64,000 nucleotides of DNA. Origin: an uncultured Clostridia bacterium (lineage in GTDB: Bacteria; Bacillota; Clostridia; Monoglobales; Monoglobaceae). The notes beneath the pieces were generated by a model. That model was not told where the DNA came from. It searched no databases and saw nothing but the letters and a program-made list of their open reading frames with translations. Both the position numbers and the translations under genes were made by a program. Positions 60,739 through 64,000 of this stretch are shown here, in pieces. The DNA is taken from contig CANRNL010000006.1 of NCBI GenBank assembly GCA_947631965.1, forward strand, positions 7,263-71,262. Direction: 5' to 3'. Each line of letters opens with the position of its first letter. The first letter of the stretch is position 1.

Positions 60739-60761
60739 AAGATAACCTCCAATTTACGCTG

Positions 60762-61505
60762 TTAAATCTCCAGCGTTTTAAATTTAAAATATCCAATCAT
60801 AAAGAACATAATGTCGTATGCCGCCGTAATTATACCCGTTTGAACCAGCTTTATGACCGGCGACTGCTCCGCCCAGAGTATATGCCACACCAGATATTTT
60901 GTAAAGACAAAATTTTCGGCAATCGGCACGAATACCTGAAGCGCGTATATGCCCAAAAATATCACGGCGCACAGAAAAATCGACATTCCCGCGCTGCTCG
61001 AAAACTGGTTCACAAACGACGCGAACATCACAACGGTGATAAGCGGTATAAAATTCAGCGCATAATACAGGGCGACGCTTAAACTGTTTTCAACGGTATG
61101 AATAACCGCGAATTCCATAATAATCGACGAGACGAACATTCCCGCGAGAAATACCGCCGTTATTACCAAAAGCGCCATTATCTTTGAAACATAAATTTTC
61201 ATTCTGCTTATGGGGCGGACGAACAAAACCTGAAGCGAATAGTCGTACAGCTCGCCCGAAAACAAATCTCCCGCCGCGATAAACACCACCGCGGGAACAA
61301 ACATAAGCGAAGCGGTGTAGAGCATATTTACCGGAATACCCGCGGCGGCCTCCGCCGCATCGCCGTATGTAATCTTGATGACGGCGATATTTACAAGCAT
61401 ACTCAATAAGCAGATGAGCAGTTCGAGAAATAAGAAGAGCAGATACTTTGGGTGCATAAACAATTTTTGAAGCTCGTTTTTAAAATTACCCATTAAAACC
61501 TTCAT
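60762..61505 (-). CDS. ABC-2 type transporter permease
   Basis: 247 aa from MKVLMGNFKNELQKLF, with 6 hydrophobic segments. The ATG overlaps the TGA of the ATPase gene (ATGA). The track ORF extends 52 codons upstream into the ATPase gene. Confidence 0.8.
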   Translation of the reverse strand: MKVLMGNFKNELQKLFMHPKYLLFLFLELLICLLSMLVNIAVIKITYGDAAEAAAGIPVNMLYTASLMFVPAVVFIAAGDLFSGELYDYSLQVLFVRPISRMKIYVSKIMALLVITAVFLAGMFVSSIIMEFAVIHTVENSLSVALYYALNFIPLITVVMFASFVNQFSSSAGMSIFLCAVIFLGIYALQVFVPIAENFVFTKYLVWHILWAEQSPVIKLVQTGIITAAYDIMFFMIGYFKFKTLEI

Positions 61506-62260
61506 TCGTCCGCCTCGTCCTCCTCTGTACCGCCCGACATCCTGATACCTATTGACTCCTCGAAAAGACGCTCGCCTTCCCGCAGTTCCATTTCGGTGAT
61601 ATTTTCGGGGATGTCGAACGCGGTAATGCGCCCTTTCTCCATAACTCCCACCTTGTCGCACAAACCGTCAAAATCGGTCAGCTCGCGTGAAGTTATGAGA
61701 AACGTTGTGCCAAATTCCTCGTTCATTTCCAGCACTGTATGTTTAAGAATTTCGCGGTCGGTGTCCGAAAGCGCCTTAAAAGGTTCGTCGAGCAGGACTA
61801 TTCGGGGGTTTGTAAGAAACGCAAGCCCTATTGCGAGCTTCATACGCATAGCGGGCGAAAAGTCGCAGACTTTATCATCCGCGCAAAGGCTCAGTCCCAT
61901 ATTTTCCAAAACCTCGTCAATTCTGTACTCGTCCACATCGCGGCAAATTCTTGCTATCACGTTCATATTTTGCCGAGCCGTCATATATTCGTAAAAAGTC
62001 GGTTCCTCGATGACCGTTCCGAGTTTTGAAACGGCAGCGACATGCTCGCGCCGAGCGTCATATCCCATAACGCTCGCCTGCCCGCTGTCCGCTTCGCACA
62101 GACCGGCGATTATACGCAAAAGGGTGGTTTTGCCCGACAGACTTTCTCCGAAAATGCCGACTATTTCGCCGCATTCAACGTCAAACGTCACGTCAAATAT
62201 ACCTGAGTTTCTGCGGTATTTGCGCGTCAGCCCGATAACTCTCAACGCATTTTCAGACAT
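61502..62260 (-). CDS. ABC transporter ATP-binding protein with atypical signature and H-loop
   Basis: Walker A GESLSGKTT; Walker B IVLLDEP. The signature position reads FSPAMRMKL instead of LSGGQ/YSKGM, and the H-loop position reads TSRE (Arg where His is expected). The start is placed at MSENALRV after GGGAGGG. Confidence 0.85.
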   Translation of the reverse strand: MSENALRVIGLTRKYRRNSGIFDVTFDVECGEIVGIFGESLSGKTTLLRIIAGLCEADSGQASVMGYDARREHVAAVSKLGTVIEEPTFYEYMTARQNMNVIARICRDVDEYRIDEVLENMGLSLCADDKVCDFSPAMRMKLAIGLAFLTNPRIVLLDEPFKALSDTDREILKHTVLEMNEEFGTTFLITSRELTDFDGLCDKVGVMEKGRITAFDIPENITEMELREGERLFEESIGIRMSGGTEEDEADE

Positions 62261-62309
62261 TTTTTCATACACCCTCCCATTTTGTATAAGCATATAATCT
62301 TCACTATAC

Positions 62310-62339
62310 ATTTTAATGCGTAACCGCAACACTTGTCAA
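62310..62339 (-). promoter_or_regulatory. promoter of the ABC/alaR/aminotransferase operon (TTGACA - 18 bp - TAAAAT)
   Basis: The minus strand reads TTGACAagtgttgcggttacgcatTAAAAT. Confidence 0.55.
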
Positions 62340-62379
62340 TAAAAATAAGTCGTTGTTACATAAATTTAATAAAGCGATA

Positions 62380-62408
62380 TTGATATTTTGCGCGACTATT
62401 GGTATAAT
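62380..62408 (+). promoter_or_regulatory. promoter of ade (TTGATA - 17 bp - TGgTATAAT)
   Basis: Hexamers at 62380..62385 and 62403..62408. Confidence 0.6.
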
Positions 62409-62482
62409 TAAATATATTCTACTTAAAAATATTAAGTATACAAAATTTAAATTTTGGTAAATTTGTCGGGCGGTGTGTTGAA

Positions 62483-64000
62483 TTGAGCAAAACAAGAGAT
62501 ATTATTTCGGTAGCGGCGGGACGCGAGCAGGCGGACATTGTCTTTAAAGACGCAAATATAGTTGATGTGTTCGGCAGACGCATAATCCGCGGAGACGTTG
62601 CCGTGTTCGGCGACAGGATAGCGGGTATCGGCGAGTACAACGGTAAGTGTGAGATAGACGTAGGCGGCGGATATATTATGCCCGGTTTCATTGACGCGCA
62701 CATACATATAGAGTCGTCAATGATAACTCCGTCGGAGTACGCGCGTGCTGCTGTGCCTCTCGGCGTGACGGGAATTGTATGTGACCCGCACGAGATTGCC
62801 AACGTATGCGGTATTGACGGAATTAAATTTATGATGGACTGCGCGCGTAATCTGCCTATGGATATTAGGTTTATGCTTCCGTCCTGCGTACCCGCGGCGG
62901 ATTTTGAAGACGCCGGAGCTGTCTTTACCGCCGCCGACACCGAAAAGTTTATGAGGGAATATCCGTTTCACGGACTTGCCGAAATGATGAATTATCCCGC
63001 CGTGATTGCGGGCGACAAAGAGGTTTTGAGAAAGGTTGCGTCGGCGGAGCTTACGGACGGACACGCTCCGTCGGTCAGCGGGCGGGAGCTTTGCGCATAT
63101 GTCGCGAGCGGGATACGCACAGACCACGAGTGTACGAGCGCGGAAGAAATGATTGAGAAGATTTCAAACGGAATGTATGTGCTGATGCGGGAGGGAACTC
63201 TCGCGCGGGATATTGAAAAGCTGATAAGCGGCGTAACGCCCGCTAATCTGCGCCGCGTGGCGTTCTGTACCGACGACGGCGACGTTCTGCGCGGTATAAG
63301 CGCCGCGAACTGCGTTATTCGTGCGACAGAGCTGGGACTTGACCCGATAGACGCGATAACCGCCGCGACGCTCAACGCCGCCGAGTGTCAGAAGCTCGGC
63401 AGGGTGGGCGCGATTGCTCCGGGATATTTTGCCAATCTCGTTATATCAAACGATATTGTGCCGAGAGAGGTAAAAGCGGTTTACTACCACGGCGCTCTTG
63501 CAGCGAAGGACGGCGTGGCGCTGTTTGACTCGTCCGCGCCGAGGCATATGAAGTCTGTTCTCAAAACAGTTCATACGGGCAAAATAACTCCCGAAATGCT
63601 CGGCAGGGATTTTGACGCGAATACTCCGGTGATTGAAGTTTCGGCGGGGTCTATCGTTACGAAAAAGACGTTTAAAAACTCGGCGGACGGCCTTAGCCGT
63701 CTGGCTGTGATAGAGAGGCATAAAAATACCGGCAGAATAGGACGGGCATTTGTCAGCGGATATGGGATAAAGGGAGGCGCGATTGCGTCTACCATAGGTC
63801 ACGATTCGCACAATATAACCGTTATAGGAGATAACACCGAGGATATGGCGGCGGCTGTTTCGGCGCTCGGACGTATCGGAGGAATTGCGGTATGTGCCGG
63901 CGGAGAGATAACCTATTTGCCGCTTCCCATAGCGGGACTTATGTCGGACAAGCCCGCGGCGGAGGTCAAGGAGAAGCACGGCGAACTGCGTCTTGCGGCG
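62483..64000 (+). CDS. ade: adenine deaminase (N-terminal roughly 505 aa; runs off the right window edge)
   Basis: The plus-strand frame from TTG 62483 reads LSKTRDIISVAAGREQADIVFKDANIVDVFGRRIIRGDVAVFGDRIAGIG...YIMPGFIDAHIHIESSMITPSEYARAAVPLGVTGIVCDPHEIANV...TDGHAPSVSGRELCAYVASGIRTDHEC, with no stop up to position 64000. It is absent from the ORF track because it is open-ended. The start codon is tentative. Confidence 0.88.
   Translation, partial: MSKTRDIISVAAGREQADIVFKDANIVDVFGRRIIRGDVAVFGDRIAGIGEYNGKCEIDVGGGYIMPGFIDAHIHIESSMITPSEYARAAVPLGVTGIVCDPHEIANVCGIDGIKFMMDCARNLPMDIRFMLPSCVPAADFEDAGAVFTAADTEKFMREYPFHGLAEMMNYPAVIAGDKEVLRKVASAELTDGHAPSVSGRELCAYVASGIRTDHECTSAEEMIEKISNGMYVLMREGTLARDIEKLISGVTPANLRRVAFCTDDGDVLRGISAANCVIRATELGLDPIDAITAATLNAAECQKLGRVGAIAPGYFANLVISNDIVPREVKAVYYHGALAAKDGVALFDSSAPRHMKSVLKTVHTGKITPEMLGRDFDANTPVIEVSAGSIVTKKTFKNSADGLSRLAVIERHKNTGRIGRAFVSGYGIKGGAIASTIGHDSHNITVIGDNTEDMAAAVSALGRIGGIAVCAGGEITYLPLPIAGLMSDKPAAEVKEKHGELRLAA

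Noticed and set aside
62409-62482. Purine riboswitch upstream of adenine deaminase.
   Set aside because: The leader is only about 75 nt and almost pure A/T. It lacks the conserved purine-riboswitch three-way-junction sequences.
62419-63979. Several 86-177-aa minus-strand ORFs at the right end, the only ORFs the track lists there.
   Set aside because: The plus strand carries an open-ended adenine deaminase frame (GFIDAHIHIESS...) that the track omits because it has no stop in the window. The minus ORFs are its shadows.

Overview
The window looks like a chromosomal segment of a Gram-positive, SLH-using Clostridia-type bacterium. That call is inferred from gene content, GGAGG ribosome-binding sites and TGnTAnAAT extended -10 promoters; GC content was not computed.

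Housekeeping genes present: panB (partial), pyrG, pheS-pheT-ireB, a cyclophilin lipoprotein, murJ, a U32 peptidase, two tRNA-Leu genes, an alaR/alaT-like pair and ade (partial).

These are interleaved with an unusually dense set of cell-surface genes. Nine proteins carry S-layer-homology (SLH) repeats:
- three paralogous N-terminal-SLH S-layer-like proteins
- an exact tandem triplication of SLH-tagged M13 metallopeptidases
- an SLH amidase
- a 2107-aa PL1-like lyase with a C-terminal SLH anchor
- a 908-aa LamG-like protein with a C-terminal SLH anchor

Other blocks:
- an AgrCA-like LytTR two-component pair without agrBD, next to an AIM24/TIGR00266 gene
- a minus-strand flavodoxin-like / cstA / S8 cell-envelope-proteinase block
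- a secreted 5'-nucleotidase
- a murJ / O-antigen-ligase-like / GT4 / 2x DUF4330-like envelope-glycopolymer operon
- a MOP-flippase + GT-C pair
- an ABC-2 transporter

No CRISPR array, integrase, transposase or recognisable defence system was seen.

The least explained signal is a family of modular, hairpin-rich non-coding repeats. They sit directly downstream of both tRNA-Leu genes, include a 208-bp tandem array, and have a further copy near 58.97 kb. Stem changes between copies are compensatory.

The most interesting protein-level candidates are the SLH-M13 triplication and the SLH-anchored lyase / S-layer-paralog operon.

All calls come from reading the sequence and ORF translations by eye. 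No database searches were run.
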